Below, one piece after another: positions 27,409-41,646 of a DNA stretch of 64,000 bases; within the stretch, counting starts at the first letter, position 1, and each line of letters starts with the position of its first letter. A program made the translations under genes and the position numbers. The stretch is from contig OZ024743.1 of the NCBI GenBank assembly GCA_964016885.1, forward strand, positions 169,074,001-169,138,000. The letters run 5' to 3'. The notes below the pieces were generated by a model. The model worked only from the letters and a program-made list of their open reading frames with translations. It was not told where the DNA came from and ran no database searches. Source of the stretch: Eledone cirrhosa. Its lineage: Eukaryota.

Positions 27409-28290
27409 TATATATATATACAGATATATATATAGTATATAAATGTATATATAGTATGTATATATATATAATATATATATAGTATATATATATTTGTATA
27501 TATAGTATATATATATATCTTGATACTATATATATATACTTATATATACTATATATATATATTATATATATAGTATATATATAGTATATATACAGTATAT
27601 ATATATATACCATATCTATATATATATATATTCGCCTTTCCTGGCCGCCGAAATGCGATTCTCGCTGAATCTTTATTTGTATTAATCTCCCGTGTCTTAC
27701 ATTTAATTTGTTAATAATTTCTATTGACACGTTAATTGTATAAGTTTATTTTAAAACCACCCGGTTGAGAACTTATTCGATTTGTGCTATTTATGCTATT
27801 TTTTGCATGATACACACATACTGAATTACTTTGCCAAAATTTGGGGTGATTCCTCTTGTGATTTCCACACGTGGTTTAACTTACCACCGTGTCATTCACT
27901 TATTCGGTACAGAGCGAAATATCTGTTGATAACGTGGTATTCCTTGTTCGATCGCTATACCCAAAGCTTATATTTTTAAACAGACTGTATTTTGATTTAG
28001 GTGTCACAGAATCTCTACATCGGATTTTAACAGCAATTCCGGGAGTCAAGGTCTGGTTATCATTTATTTTTTATCATTTATTTTGTTTTGACCTGTTTAG
28101 CTTTATTTGGGTTTTGGCTTGGGTGGTTAATGCCTTCTTGACTACCTTTTCAGTTTTGTATGGCTTCTTAACACATTGTTTAGCTCTGGTTTTTAACTAT
28201 TGAGCACTTTGCCAGTATCATTTCTCATTTTTGCGTTTCGCTTCGCCTTTCCTGGCCACCGAAATGCGATTCTCGCTGAATCTTTATTTG

Positions 28291-28361
<71 letters not shown>

Positions 28362-28371
<10 letters not shown>

Positions 28372-29225
28372 GAAAGCTATAGAAAACATTGTAGCGAAAA
28401 GCCAACAGTATTCCATAATATGTATAAGTGACTATAGCGTCAAAATGGGAAAAATAGTTAACGTAAGATGTGGGAAAAATAATTCAAACTCATCTCAAAG
28501 AGAATCAGGATATAGATTCATCCACAGAATTTAGTGAAATCCAGGGAAAAATCATGATAAAATAAAGTTTAAAATACTCATCCTTCAATTTGGAAAAACT
28601 TCAAATGCTCTGTATAGTCTTAAAGACTATTTCACGAAAACTTTTAGTGGAGATGGTCACGGTTGGAATTCGATCCTCAGCAGAGCTCAACTCGATAACC
28701 AAGATTCTCACAGATGAATATGCCAAAAAGGGAATTTAAAACAGGCTAGTTCACTATCATGCGTGATTATGAAAAATAAAACGCACATGAGGAAAGACAG
28801 GGATGGTGACGTCAGAATAAGACGAATATTTGTTTACAAGAAACAACAGTCAAACAACATTCCGAAAAAAACTCTACAATAAGGAGTTCAGCAAAAAGCA
28901 ATATTATCGCGATTTTTTATTAAAAAATACCGGGATTAGTCACAAATAATTTAAGCCCTCTAGGAAAGAAATCCGAGTATAAATATATAAATGAAAGATA
29001 TAGCAAACATTGTAGCGAAAAGCCAGCAGTATTCCATAATATATAAGTGTCTATAGCGTCAAAATGGGAAAAATAGTTAACGTAAGATGTGGGAAAAATA
29101 ATTCAAACTCGTCTCAAAGAGAATCAGCATATAGATTCATCCACAGAATTTAGTGAAATCCAGGGAAAAATCAATAGAGCCTTAACTCATGATAAAATAA
29201 AGTTTAAAATACTCATCCTTCAATT
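28362..29225. repeat. Unit bounded by ~230-bp direct repeats (28362-28590, 28982-29225)
   Basis: direct similarity by eye; partial tandem typical of PLE pseudo-LTRs, no coding remnant recognised. Confidence 0.55.
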
Positions 29226-29260
29226 TATATATATATATATGTATATATACTATATATACC

Positions 29261-32200
29261 TCTATATATATAAAACGGTAGATGTCTGTCTGTGTGTGTG
29301 ATTTTTATGCATTTCCACATTTCTCTACCGATATTGATGATTTGTTTTCCAATGAGCTCCAAATTTACCAGGGCAGGTCAACGCGTAATTATTTTCGCCA
29401 AGAGTTTCCTGCATCTATGAAAAAAAATCGATAAAACTAAATACATGCTGTAACCCTCTCTCTTACACGCTTCATTCCTCTCACTACTACCATAAAAAAT
29501 ATATGAAACTACATACATGTTGCAACTCTCTTTAAAAGGTTCATCCTTTCCTCTACTCCACTCTGAATCTACTCTGCAACTCTCTTTAAAAGGTTCATCA
29601 CTCTCTCTACACCCCCCTCAATCTCCTCTGTAATTCTCTTTAAAAGGTTACTGCCTCCGTCTACTACTCTATCACCATTACAATTTAGAACAACGACAAC
29701 ATTCTTTTGAAGGAATGCGACACAAACTTTGAAATCTAAGCAACACAACAACTGTAGCTTTACTCTCTCCGTCGCTCTTCCCTCTCTCTACATAGATTAT
29801 TCCCCCTCTCTATAATTTAACTGCTTTACTCTCTTCATGCTTCGAGGTTTAACACTAGCTTCACTCTATCCGTCGCTCTTCTCTCTGTATATAATAGATC
29901 ATTCCGCCTATTCGTTCGGGAACGCAAAAAAAAACTTTGATAACTAAGCAACACATCATTTTATACAACAACAAACAGTCAAAACGACACTCATACATCA
30001 AATATCAAAATTTAAAAAGCCGATAACACTAAATACATACTGCTCTCTCAACGTTACATTTTACGCAGTTACATTTTACATCAAATAACAAATATTCAAA
30101 AGCAACAGATGAATTTATAAAACAACAAACTCGCTGTTGCTCTTCACTCCCTATATGACAATACTGCAGAGAGAGAAACAATATATATGATCAAATGGAG
30201 CGTTCCGTATATTCCCGCTCTCTATAATTTAACTGCTTTACTCTCTCTGTCGCTCTTCACTCCCTATATGACAACACTGCAGAGAGAGAAACAATGTATA
30301 TGATCAAATGGAGCATTCCGTATATTCCCCCTCTCTATAATTTAACCGCTTTACTCTCTCTCTGTCGCTCTTCACTCCCTATATGACAACACTGCAGTGG
30401 AGCGTTCCGTATTGACATACGGCTTATCTGGGGCATTTTCAATCGTAAATAACAACCCGCAAAATAACACTTCATATAACAGATTAATGCTATAGACATA
30501 TGAATCGGAATGTAACCCGTGAACTTTTTCCTGGGCAAAATTATTCGAACAGACATGACCTCATTGCCAGAGTGTTCAGACTGAAACTGACTAAATTCAT
30601 GGCTTTAATCAAAAAGGTCAGGTATCTGGGGCTGTAAAATGTGACATGTTCACCGTCGAATGGCAAAAACGAGGGCTGCCACATGCTCACTTTTGATTTG
30701 GTTAGCTGATAGAATCAATTCAAATGCCATAGACAGCTTCATTTCGGCTGAAATCCCTAACCCAGCAACTGACCAGGAATTACATGACATCGTCAAAGGT
30801 AACATGATTCATGATCCGTGTGCGTCTGGCCCCAATGAGCATCACACGTGTCTGAAAGGGGGGGGGGGGGGTCGTGCAGTAAGGGATACCCCCAAAAATG
30901 TGTTGATCAGACTCAGACTGGTGGCGACGGGTACAGGCGGAGACGGCCCGAGAAAGGTGGCTTCACCACAACAGTAACGGGAGGTCAAGTCGACAATAGA
31001 TGGGTGGTCCCTTACTGCCCGCTTCTCTTGAAGATGTTCAACGCCCACATCAACGTTGAGTTTTGCAACTCCGTCAAGTCGATAAAATACATATGCAAAT
31101 ATGTAAATAAGGGTTCTGATGCCGCAATGTTCGCATTTCAAGCTGAAAATAGCAGGGACGAGGTCACAGAATACCTGGCGGGGCAGTACATCAGTAACAA
31201 TGAAGCTTTTTGGCGCCTATTTGGTTTACCCCTACACCAACGTCACCCCGCCATCGTACAGCTTGCGGTACATTTGGAAAATGGGCAAAGGGTTTACTTT
31301 ACGGACCAAACCGCCGCCAAGTTGGCCGCCGATCCGAAATATACCACTCTGACGGGTTTCTTCAAACTTTGCCAGTTCGATACATTTGCGCAAACAATTG
31401 TGTACGCCCAGGTTCCATCCTACGAAAAACACTTGGGTGCGAAGAAAGTCAGGTCAGAAAGATATCCTGGTGTAAAATTTGACAGCTGTCTTGGAAGGGT
31501 TTACACTGTGCCCCCAAGTCAGCTTGAGTGCTTTCATCTCCGCCTTCTTATGCATGAAGTTATAGGCCCACAAAGTTTTTAGGACATCAAAACTGTTGAT
31601 GGAGAAATATGTGATACGTACTGGAAGCCTGCTTTAAGCGTGGTCTTTTGGAAGATGATTCGCAATGGGATTCCACTTTAGCTGATGGGGCTTTGTTGAA
31701 ATCACCTAAAGGTCTAAGGGAACTCTTTGCTATTTTGCTTCAAAAGTGTGAATTGAGTGATCCCAAATCTTTATGGGTCAAGTACAGAGACTTCATGTCT
31801 GAGGACTTCCTGCGCCTGGCTCATCTGCAGTACACTTCAGTGGATGTTGGTTACAGCGACATTATCTACAACAGGGTACTCATTGATATCGAGGACGCCC
31901 TCCTCGACATGGGTGGGAGTAGGTTGGCGACGTATGGCTTGCCGTCAACCGCCAGAGAGGAAGCTAACACGTTGGCCCCTGATTTGTTGCGGGAAACAGC
32001 ATATGACATCGAATCTCTTTCCCAATACTTAGAGGAAAATGAGCCCAAACTTCTGTCGGACCAAAGGTTGGCCTATTTAACTATCATTAACGCGGTTCAA
32101 AATCAGACTGAGGTATTTACTTTTTCGATGCTCCTGGGGGTACCGGAAACACTTATGTAACGAAATTGATTCTCGCAAAGATTCTTCAGGAGAAAGAAAT

Positions 32201-33707
32201 TGCGTTGGCCGTTGCATCGTCCGGGATCGCTGCTACTTTGCTGCCGGGAGGCAGGACAGCACATTCAACCTTTAAACTCCCCTTGGATTTAGTAAAATCT
32301 GAGACACAAACATGCAATATCAGCAAGAGTTCACACGAAGCTCTGGTTCTCAAAACATGTTGCCTCATTGTTTGGGATGAGTGCACAATGGCACACAAGG
32401 GTGCCCTTGGGGCATTGGACAGGACCCTGAAAGACATTAGGGATTCTACGGCTCCTATGGGTAGCGTAACCCTTCTGCTATCAGGGGATATTCGGCAAAC
32501 GCTGCCTGTCATCCCCAAAGGGACAAGAGCTGATGAAGTGCGTGCCGGCCTTAAGTCGTCCATGTTGTGGCTCCAGGTGAAGAGTGTTGTAGCTGAGCAC
32601 AAATATGCGTGCTCATTTGCATGGTGACAACATGTCTGCAGCATTTGCTCAGAATATTTTAGCACTTGGTGAGGGCAAGGTCCCTGCGGATGACAAGGGT
32701 GGCATAGCAATTGACTCCATGTGCAACATTGTGAGCAGCCCTCTGACCTTTGGAAAGCAGTTTTTCCTAATGTCTCATCTAACTTTAAAAACCTCGATTG
32801 GCTCAGCGAAAGAGCCATCCTTGCTCAGAAAAATACCATGGTTAATTTTATTAACGAGCAGCTGATTGAGGACATTCCCGGTAAAGAACACATCTTCAAA
32901 TCTATCGACCGGACATCAGACCCAGACGATATCGTTAATTATCCGGTTGAGTTATTACATTCCCTTGAGCCCCCAGGGCTCCCACCTCACATTCTTAAGC
33001 TTGGGATTGGCTGTCCCATTATGCTAATAATGAACTTGCGCCCACCAAAGCAGTGCAACGGTACTCGCATGGTCGTCAAGTCACTGACGCTCCACTTTAA
33101 TGAGGCCACTATTGTAACGGGGTGCGGGAGAGGAGAGAATGTTTTCATTCCAAGGATGAACCTTTTCCCCTCGGCGTCAGATATCCCGTTCGATTTCCGG
33201 CGATCCCAGTTTCCGGTGAGACTATGTTTTGCCATGTCCATTAACAATCACAAGGGCAAACATTGTCGGTGGCGGGCATCCATTTGGGGGAGCCATGCTT
33301 CTCCCATGGCCAACTTTATGTTTCCTGTTCCCGCGTAGGGAGCAGGAATGGACTTTTTGCTTACACTCCTCAAGGGATGACACGCAATATCGTCTACAAA
33401 GAGGGGCTATAGATGTTGGAGTTATGCCGTCTGGAAAACTGGTAGGGTCACCCATAGCGGACAGATCTGACACCCAGCGGCATCAGGGCCACCATCTTGC
33501 AACTTTGGTCTACTAAATTCGCTATTGGAAGATTATTAATCCATCATTGATTGTCCAAAATGCTAATTGGTTCGTAACTATTAATAACCGGTTCAACTGC
33601 TTTATGCACTTAATTGATAAGCTTATGCGCTTTCAAGTTACGTTTACCTGTTTGTAACGTTTCATAGCAAATGAACAAACCCGACCAACGCCGAGCTAAA
33701 CTGCTAG
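29261..33707 (+). mobile_element. Helitron, internally deleted, with frameshifted Rep/Helicase
   Basis: 5' TCTATATATATAAAA; 3' imperfect hairpin CCCGACCAACGCCGAG followed by CTAG|T; RepHel motifs inside. Confidence 0.88.
30545..33400 (+). pseudogene. Helitron Rep (HUH) + PIF1-family helicase, multiple frameshifts/stops
   Basis: RHDLIARVFRLKL, VEWQKRGLPHAH, KYICKYVNKG; DAPGGTG, GGRTAHS, WDECTM, GDIRQ, QFPVRLCFAMSIN, HGQLYVSCSRV. Confidence 0.92.
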
Positions 33708-33709
33708 TA

Positions 33710-33743
<34 letters not shown>

Positions 33744-34236
33744 TATGTATATATAGATATATATATAGTATATATATATATAATATATATATAGTATATA
33801 TATAGTATGTATATATATATCTACTTAATGTATATATATATATATACTATATATATATATATATATATAGTATACACATATATATATATAGTAAACCTAC
33901 ATATATATATATAGTATATATATATAGTATACATACATATATCTATATAGTATATATCTATAGTATACATATATTTATGTATATATATATATATATATGG
34001 TATACATACTTATATATATATATTGTATATATATATAGTATACATACATGCATATATGTATATATATATATAGCATACATACATATATATATATAGTATA
34101 CATATATATATGTATATATATATATAGTATATATATGTAGTATATATAGTATATATACATATATATATATAGTATATAGTATACATATATATATGTAGTA
34201 TATATATCGTATACAAATATAGAGTATATATATATA

Positions 34237-34289
<53 letters not shown>

Positions 34290-34299
34290 AGGAAGTTAT

Positions 34300-34663
34300 A
34301 GTTCACTTGAAGCATTGTGTATTGATGTATAAACGTTTGTATTTATAAAGCCAAAACAATGCAGGTATAGATATAGAATATAAATGCAAATGCAAAAGAT
34401 AATGTTGACAATTAGTCTTTTACCTTAAATTTATTTAAATATCCTTAATTTTCGAGATAATATCTCTTCTTCGGAGGTAAGTAAAGTTGTTAAACCAGCG
34501 TTCTAAATAGCTTGCCAAGTCATGCTGACAGGAAATGGTATAGAGAATCTGTTCTATCTCTAATGTCAAAGAGTGAAGGTTAGGTGGATAAAGAGTAGTC
34601 TCCATTTAAAAGGGGTTTTGTACATGTATGTTTAAGTGTGTGGGAGAATACATGAAGGTATAA

Positions 34664-34708
<45 letters not shown>

Positions 34709-35280
34709 TGTGAGAAGATATGTCTCTACGTGAATGTGGGGGATAGATGCTCTATCATGTTGAAACTGGTCTTTGTGTGTGTGAGAGAGAATAAGTGGTG
34801 GTGTAAACGTGTGTGTGTGTGTGTGTGAGTGCGTGTGTGTGGGAGTGGGGCTGTAATTATGGGGCTAGGTGTTCGATCAAGTTATAAATTGGGTGTTGAG
34901 TTCTAGTCTATTATTGATTGGTGGTTGTGCTTTGTCTATAATCACTGCTTCCTTAATTCTAAGATTGCCGAGGTTTCTTTCCTTAGTTTTTACCCTAACT
35001 GTTATGTTTTTGTCGGTGTTTTTGCATTTCACTAGGTCTTTCTTAAATGGGGAAGCGTTAGTATTGAGGTGTTCTTTTATTCTTATGTCAAGTGGTCTGG
35101 TGGTGCTACCTACGTAGAAGTTGGTGCATTTGTCGCACTCTAATCTGTATACGACGTAAGCCTGGTGGCATAGGTCTGTGTCGTTGATGGGGCAGTTGGC
35201 TAGGCTGCAGTGGCTGTCATGTCTGGTGGAGTGTCTTTTGGTTAGCTGTCCGCGTAGAGAAGGTCCTGAGTGGGCTATTT
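34300..35280 (-). mobile_element. PLE 3' fragment with GIY-YIG endonuclease (34877-35280) and 3' UTR
   Basis: minus-strand translation CHQAYVVYRLECDKCTNFYVGSTTRPLDIRIKEHL...LRIKEAVII...IN (missed by ORF track for lack of start codon). Confidence 0.8.
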
Positions 35281-35297
35281 CATTTATATTTTATTTC

Positions 35298-35365
<68 letters not shown>

Positions 35366-35375
<10 letters not shown>

Positions 35376-38342
35376 GAAATGACAGGAGGCTGGATTTGTG
35401 TAAATCCTTGAAAGGTTTATTATACTATGATCATTTCAATGACCGGGTTCCGTATGAATCCGGTGACATCATCAGGTATTCGAAATATAATACGTGAATG
35501 TAATAGATAAAATCCATGGGGCTGAAAATCGAGGACCCGAGGGCGACCGCTATTCTGTTCCTTCAACCTCAGCCGGTCGCCCTGGAGTGACGTGGCTAAA
35601 GTATATAGTATGTTACTACCGGTCAGATAAACGAAAACAGAAAGGGATGGGAACATAAGGTAACGTCAATCTCATGACACAAGGTAAAAGAAAGACAGAA
35701 AGGAAGGAGAGAGAAGAAGAGGGAAGAAAGAAGAAGAAGAGAAGCCAGGGTTAATGTCAGCTAAAAGAAGAAAGGCAACTACTACCGGTCAGATATAGGC
35801 AAGCAGGAGGGGGAAGGAAGATAAGTCTGCGGGAGGAAGACAGGAAGAGTGGAGAAGAGAAGGAAGAGAAGTAGAAAAGTAAGGGTTGATGGCTACAAGA
35901 AGGAAGATAGAAAGAAAGAGGAAGAAAGGTCGATATTAATGTCAGACCACAGTCAGGCCAGGAGTGGAGCGAGAAAATTTCACAGGGACCCGCATCTTAG
36001 CAGAGGTGAATATATTGGGAGTCAGTGTGTTACAGTGTTTAGACTTCTAGGATGAAGTTAAAAAAATTAATAATCAATATTCAATATCAAAGAGGTTAGA
36101 AAATTTAACCGTTTAACTTTTATTATATAATAGTTCCGATTTGTTCTGTAATTTAAAGGTACTATGTGGCGGTTAAAACACCGGCCGCGCCCCGGGCCCC
36201 ATGGCGAATTAAGCTACGCCGAGTGTACTTTCTACTTCCCTTATTCGGACATTTACTCGCGTGTACCCTTAGCACACGTCACTGGAATATCTCCCCCTGG
36301 GAACATAAATACCGCAACCTGAACTATATTGTATTAACGACTATTGTTTGTTTATCTATATCTTCGCATCTTTGTTTGCTGTATTAATGCCTTTCCACGT
36401 ACTCTACCTCTATACATCCATGTACTTGTTACTTCCCTTATTCGGACTTTTACTTGCGTGCACCCTTAGCACACGACACAGGATTGCCCCCCCCCCCCGG
36501 GAACCTGAACTATATTGTAATTCTCCTCTGTCTTGATTTCTCCATCTTACTCCAACACCACTCTTGTTGGTTTATTTACATATTTATACCTATATATTGA
36601 TATGTTTATATATTTATACCTCTGCTGTACCAATGTGCTCTTCCACGTATTCCACTTCTATGTATCCTTGTATTTCTACTCCTCACATTGGGACCTGTAC
36701 CCATTAGCACACGACACTAGAATGTCTCCTACTGAGAACAAAAATTAAACATTACACGACTATATCCCGTATTCTACATCCCACTAGGATAAATTACAGA
36801 TCTACATAATACAATTAACGTTTCTTCATAAAAGACTCTATTTAATTAAATCCCGCAACCCAAAACCTCATAGAAGTTATTTGAATGTTTAATCTTCAAT
36901 TTTCTGTTTGTTCAATTCTCAATCTTCTTACTCCTTAGTTTCATAATGTTATTCTGAATTCTTTCAACTTCATCCGATAGAGTTAAGCAAAATTTTAAGG
37001 CTCCAACTTTCTGTCGGACTGTTGGGTGGGTTTTAATGGCGGCGCGACCGGCTCCCTGGCGTGCTTGGAAAAATAAATTTCCCCTTCTTTCGGTAAATGA
37101 AAATACTCGGCGTGGCTTAATTCGCCATGGGGCCCGGGGCGCGGCCGGTGTTTTAACCGCCACATAGCACCTTTAAATTACAGAACAAATCGGAACTATT
37201 AGATATATCAACCTGAAAGTGTTAAACTGTTGAACTTTAAATTTTCTAACCTCTTTAATATTGAATATAGATTATTAATTTTTTAACTTCATCCTATAAG
37301 TCTAAACATTGTAACACACTAACCCCCAATATATTCACCTCTGCTAAGATGCGGGTCCCTGTGAAAATTTTCTCGCGCCACCCCTGGCCCGACTGTGGTG
37401 TGACATTAATATCGACCTTCCTTCCTCTCTCTTTCTATCTTCCTTCTTGTAGCCATCAACCATTACTCTTCTACTTCTCTAAGCAAAATTTTGAAGTTCC
37501 AACTTTCTGTCGGACTGTTGGGTGGGTTTTAATGGCGGCGCGACCAGCTTCCTGGAGCACGAGCTGACCTGGAGTGCTTGGAAAAATAAATTTCCCCTTC
37601 TTTCGGTAAATGAAAATACTCGGCGTAGCTTAATTCGCCATGGGGCCCGGGGCGCGGCCGGTGTTTTAACCGCCACATAGTACCTTTAAATTACAGAACA
37701 AATCGGAACTATTATATAATAAAAGTGACATTTTCTCGCGCCACTCCTGGCCTGACCGTGGTCTGACATTAATATCGACCTTTCTTCCTCTTTCTTTCTA
37801 TCTTCCTTCTTGTAGCCATCAACCCTTACTTTTCTACTTCTCTTCCTTCTCTTCTCCCCTCTTCCTGTCTTCTTCCCGCAGACTTATCTTCCTTCCCCCT
37901 CCTGCTTGCCTATATCTCACCGGTAGTAGTTGCCTTTCTTCTTTTAGCTGACATTAACCCTGGCTTCTCTTCTTCTTCTTTCTTCCCTCTTCTTCTCTCT
38001 CCTTCCTTTCTGTCTTTCTTTTACCTTGTGTCATGAGATTGACGTTACCTTATGTTCCCATCCCTTTCTGTTTTCGTTTATCTGACCGGTAGTAGCATAC
38101 TATATACTTTAGCCACGTCACTCCAGGGCGACCGGCTGAGGTTGAAGGAACAGAATAGCGGTCGCCCTCGGGTCCTTGATTTTCAGCCCCATGGATTTTA
38201 TCTATTACATTCACGTATTATATTTCGAATACCTGATGATGTCACCGGATTCATACGGAACACGGTTATTGAAATGATCATAGTATAATAAACCTTTCAA
38301 GGATTTACACAAATCCAGCCTCCTGTCATTTCATTATAATAT
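35366..38342. mobile_element. ~3-kb non-coding palindromic element with ~615-bp inverted arms carrying hammerhead motifs
   Basis: 35366-35980 vs 37728-38342 inverted; ATAC-CTGATGA-[stem II]-GAAA-TGATCA-TA-GTAT at 38229-38286 (+) and 35422-35479 (-); internal GC-rich block repeated three times. Confidence 0.8.
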
Positions 38343-38477
38343 TTAACTCCGTAATAGCACCACCAACTACAAAAACAAAGACGGTTGAACTGCCTTATGT
38401 TGAGTACTCTCTATATTATTGCATTACGATTGACCATACGGAAAAGACCAGCTCTATACAGTGGTGAACCTCAAACC

Positions 38478-38572
<95 letters not shown>

Positions 38573-39531
38573 ATATTAAATAAATGGAAACTATATTTAT
38601 AAAACCGTATTTATTCTATTATATTTATTTCAAGGGACACCAAAAACTTTGGTACGCTTTCATCAGATAAAATACAAATTGTGTTTTATAAATGTTGGCA
38701 TAGCCAAGGAACATAGCTTAACGGTTGAAGTTTTCCTTGGACTTAAAGACAAATTTTTCAAAATTGTTAACATGAGTATGCAAATGAATATGTAAATGAG
38801 GTTGAGGTATATGTTTGAAAAAACGTTATTTTAGACACTATGGAAAATCTAGATATGTGTTTGTATTAGTAGGAAAGAAAGAAATGGAAGAAAAAGAAAA
38901 AAGAAAAGACCTTATATTTACGTTAATTTGGTGGAAAAAATTTGAATATTTACCTATATCATGTATATAATTTTATGAAGAATTATGTTTGTAAGTATTT
39001 ATCTTATTACAATATTGTAGTAGATTATATGTATAAATATCTGTATATATTAATAATTGCATATGTATTAGTATTAAGGAGATATAGAAAAAGTACAATT
39101 ATTAGTTGTTTTTAATGAGTTGCGAGGGATTTTGATTTTGTGTTTTATGTAAATAAACTCAAGTTATGAGAGGAGAACAATTTATAGATTTGAATATTTT
39201 GTTCAGCATTGAAAATGTTTTCATAATATTGTTAATTTAGTCAAGTTACGTATATAATAAGTTTACACGATTGAGAAAGGAAAGATAACTCCAATTGCGT
39301 TTGTGAATCGATAAATTTGAAGAGTTAGTGTGAGATTAATTATTTAAGTCGAAAGATGTGTGACTGTTTGAAAATGAGGATATACGTAATGTGCTTATCG
39401 TGAAGAGGATAAATGTTTCTATTGTCAGTTAATGATTATCAATTTACATCTAAAAAATATACCTTTAGAGGGTGTCATTAGAAAAATAATAATGTAAAGA
39501 ATTAAAAATTAAAAATTAAAATCATACACAT

Positions 39532-39640
<109 letters not shown>

Positions 39641-39779
39641 TATATATATATTAAAAGAAATTTTTTGCTGAAAGGTAAAAGTATAACAAATATTAGAGAT
39701 ATTCACATTTAGAAATATTAAAATAGTTAAAATATTTTAAATTTTTAATTGTTAAAGAGGATAAGATCATTTTGAAGGA

Positions 39780-41476
39780 TTATAGGAATATTATAAATTA
39801 AACATACTTCTGAAAGTGGAATTTTGGCGATGTCTGCAAGAAGAAAATAACTCTGTTCTGAGATTACTAGAGTTTTGACAGTTATTTATATAAAAAAATT
39901 TCTTCCATACACAATTTACAGAATCTTGATAAGCCCACATTACAGTACGCAAGTGCCTCAAATCGTTTTCCAAGATATTGAATAGTCTATATTTTTGGCT
40001 TTTAAGTTCCATATAAGATGTGAAAGTGAAGTAGAAGATGTTTTTCATCAGATCTTTTAAAAGTATGATTATGGTTATTCCAGCGTTCTTTAAATTTTGT
40101 AGAAGTGACACCAACATAGTTAAATATTTTATCTCTAGTTTTAACTGTGCATTTATAAACTACGTTTTTATCTAAAAATTATTTTGTAAAGGGCAGTTTG
40201 ATTTGATTCTATTTTATGGAGTTGTTGTTGCTCGGAACGGTACTATTATACTGGATATTGCTAGAAATATTATTATTGCTATTTTGGTTATTTTGGTTAG
40301 GGTTTAAATTTAAGTTTCTATTATTAATTCTATTTATATTTTGTGGTATGTTGATAGTAGTAGAGTAGGATAGTTTTATAGTTGTCTGTTAAAAATAGAG
40401 TGTTATATGTGGGCTTAACGCTTTTAACGCTTAATGAGAATGGGGGGGAGTACCAAATAATATTTCTAGTTCTAGTTTTTTTGTTTGGTTTAGTGTTTAA
40501 GTTAAATTGTTTATTATTATTATAATTACTACTAGGATAATTTGCCATGTTATTGTTATCAATGTATTTAATTTTATTCGAATATCCTGTTCTATTTAAA
40601 GCTTCATTATAATATTCAGCCTTATCATAAAAAATACTTTTATTAGCAGAGATGCGTGAAATCCGTTGCTGGACACTATTGACAATAGTGTTTTTAATAC
40701 TTCTAGGATGATTAGAGTTAAAACTTACGTAATTTAGATTTTCGTTAATTTTATGGAAAGGATAGTAAAGACCTGTGATAAGGTTTAAGGTTACGTATAA
40801 TAAGTTAACGATTTTGTAGTTATTCTCTATTTCTAACTTAAGGTTGTAGTTATTGAAGAATTGTATTAAGGATTTTCTTTTCCTGTTAATTTCACAATCG
40901 CTATGGTTTTCAATTAAAAGCAGCATATCGTCACGATATAAATCACCGGCCATCTCTGGCATTGTCCTATGCAGTACATAACGAGATCCGTTATTTGCGC
41001 CGAGTCAGATGATCCAATAATGATATAAAAATTGTTTTTTCTGTCGGCTCTTGCCAGAGATGATTATTGAATTCTATTAATGTTTTCCGTGCTGTTAGAA
41101 TTATATTCATTTCATCACTAGATAGGTCTGTATGTTTAGATGCGTAGATAAGAGCCTTATTAAGTAAACTAGGAGTAATAGAGGAGTAGTAATTTGCAAT
41201 ATCCATTTGATTGAATTTTTTCTTATGTTTTAATTTTATGTTATTGAACCAATCTATAACTTCGTTAGTACCGTTCCTTAGTTTCAGTTGTGGCATAATT
41301 CTATGTAATATATGTTTTCTAATTATGCCTAAGTCTGATTTAGATGATGCTATGAGTCTGATGGTAGTTCTATTTCAAAATTTCTTTTGTGGGCTTTCAG
41401 GTTAATTTTCGGTTTTCTATGTATAAAGGGTTCAGTCCTATTTTGGATGCCTAATTTATGAATAGTTTCGGAAGCT

Positions 41477-41480
<4 letters not shown>
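39780..41480 (-). pseudogene. Degenerate PLE RT + GIY-YIG
   Basis: MDIANYYSSI, LYRDDMLL, YVSFNSNHP, IIWYSPPFS, KNVVYKCTV motifs across frameshifted ORFs 40991..41296 and 40330..40962. Confidence 0.85.
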
Positions 41481-41544
<64 letters not shown>

Positions 41545-41646
41545 ATATATAAAGTATATATACTATATATATATATATATATAGTATATATATGTATCAT
41601 ATATATATTTTATATATATAGTATATATATATACATGAAGTATATA

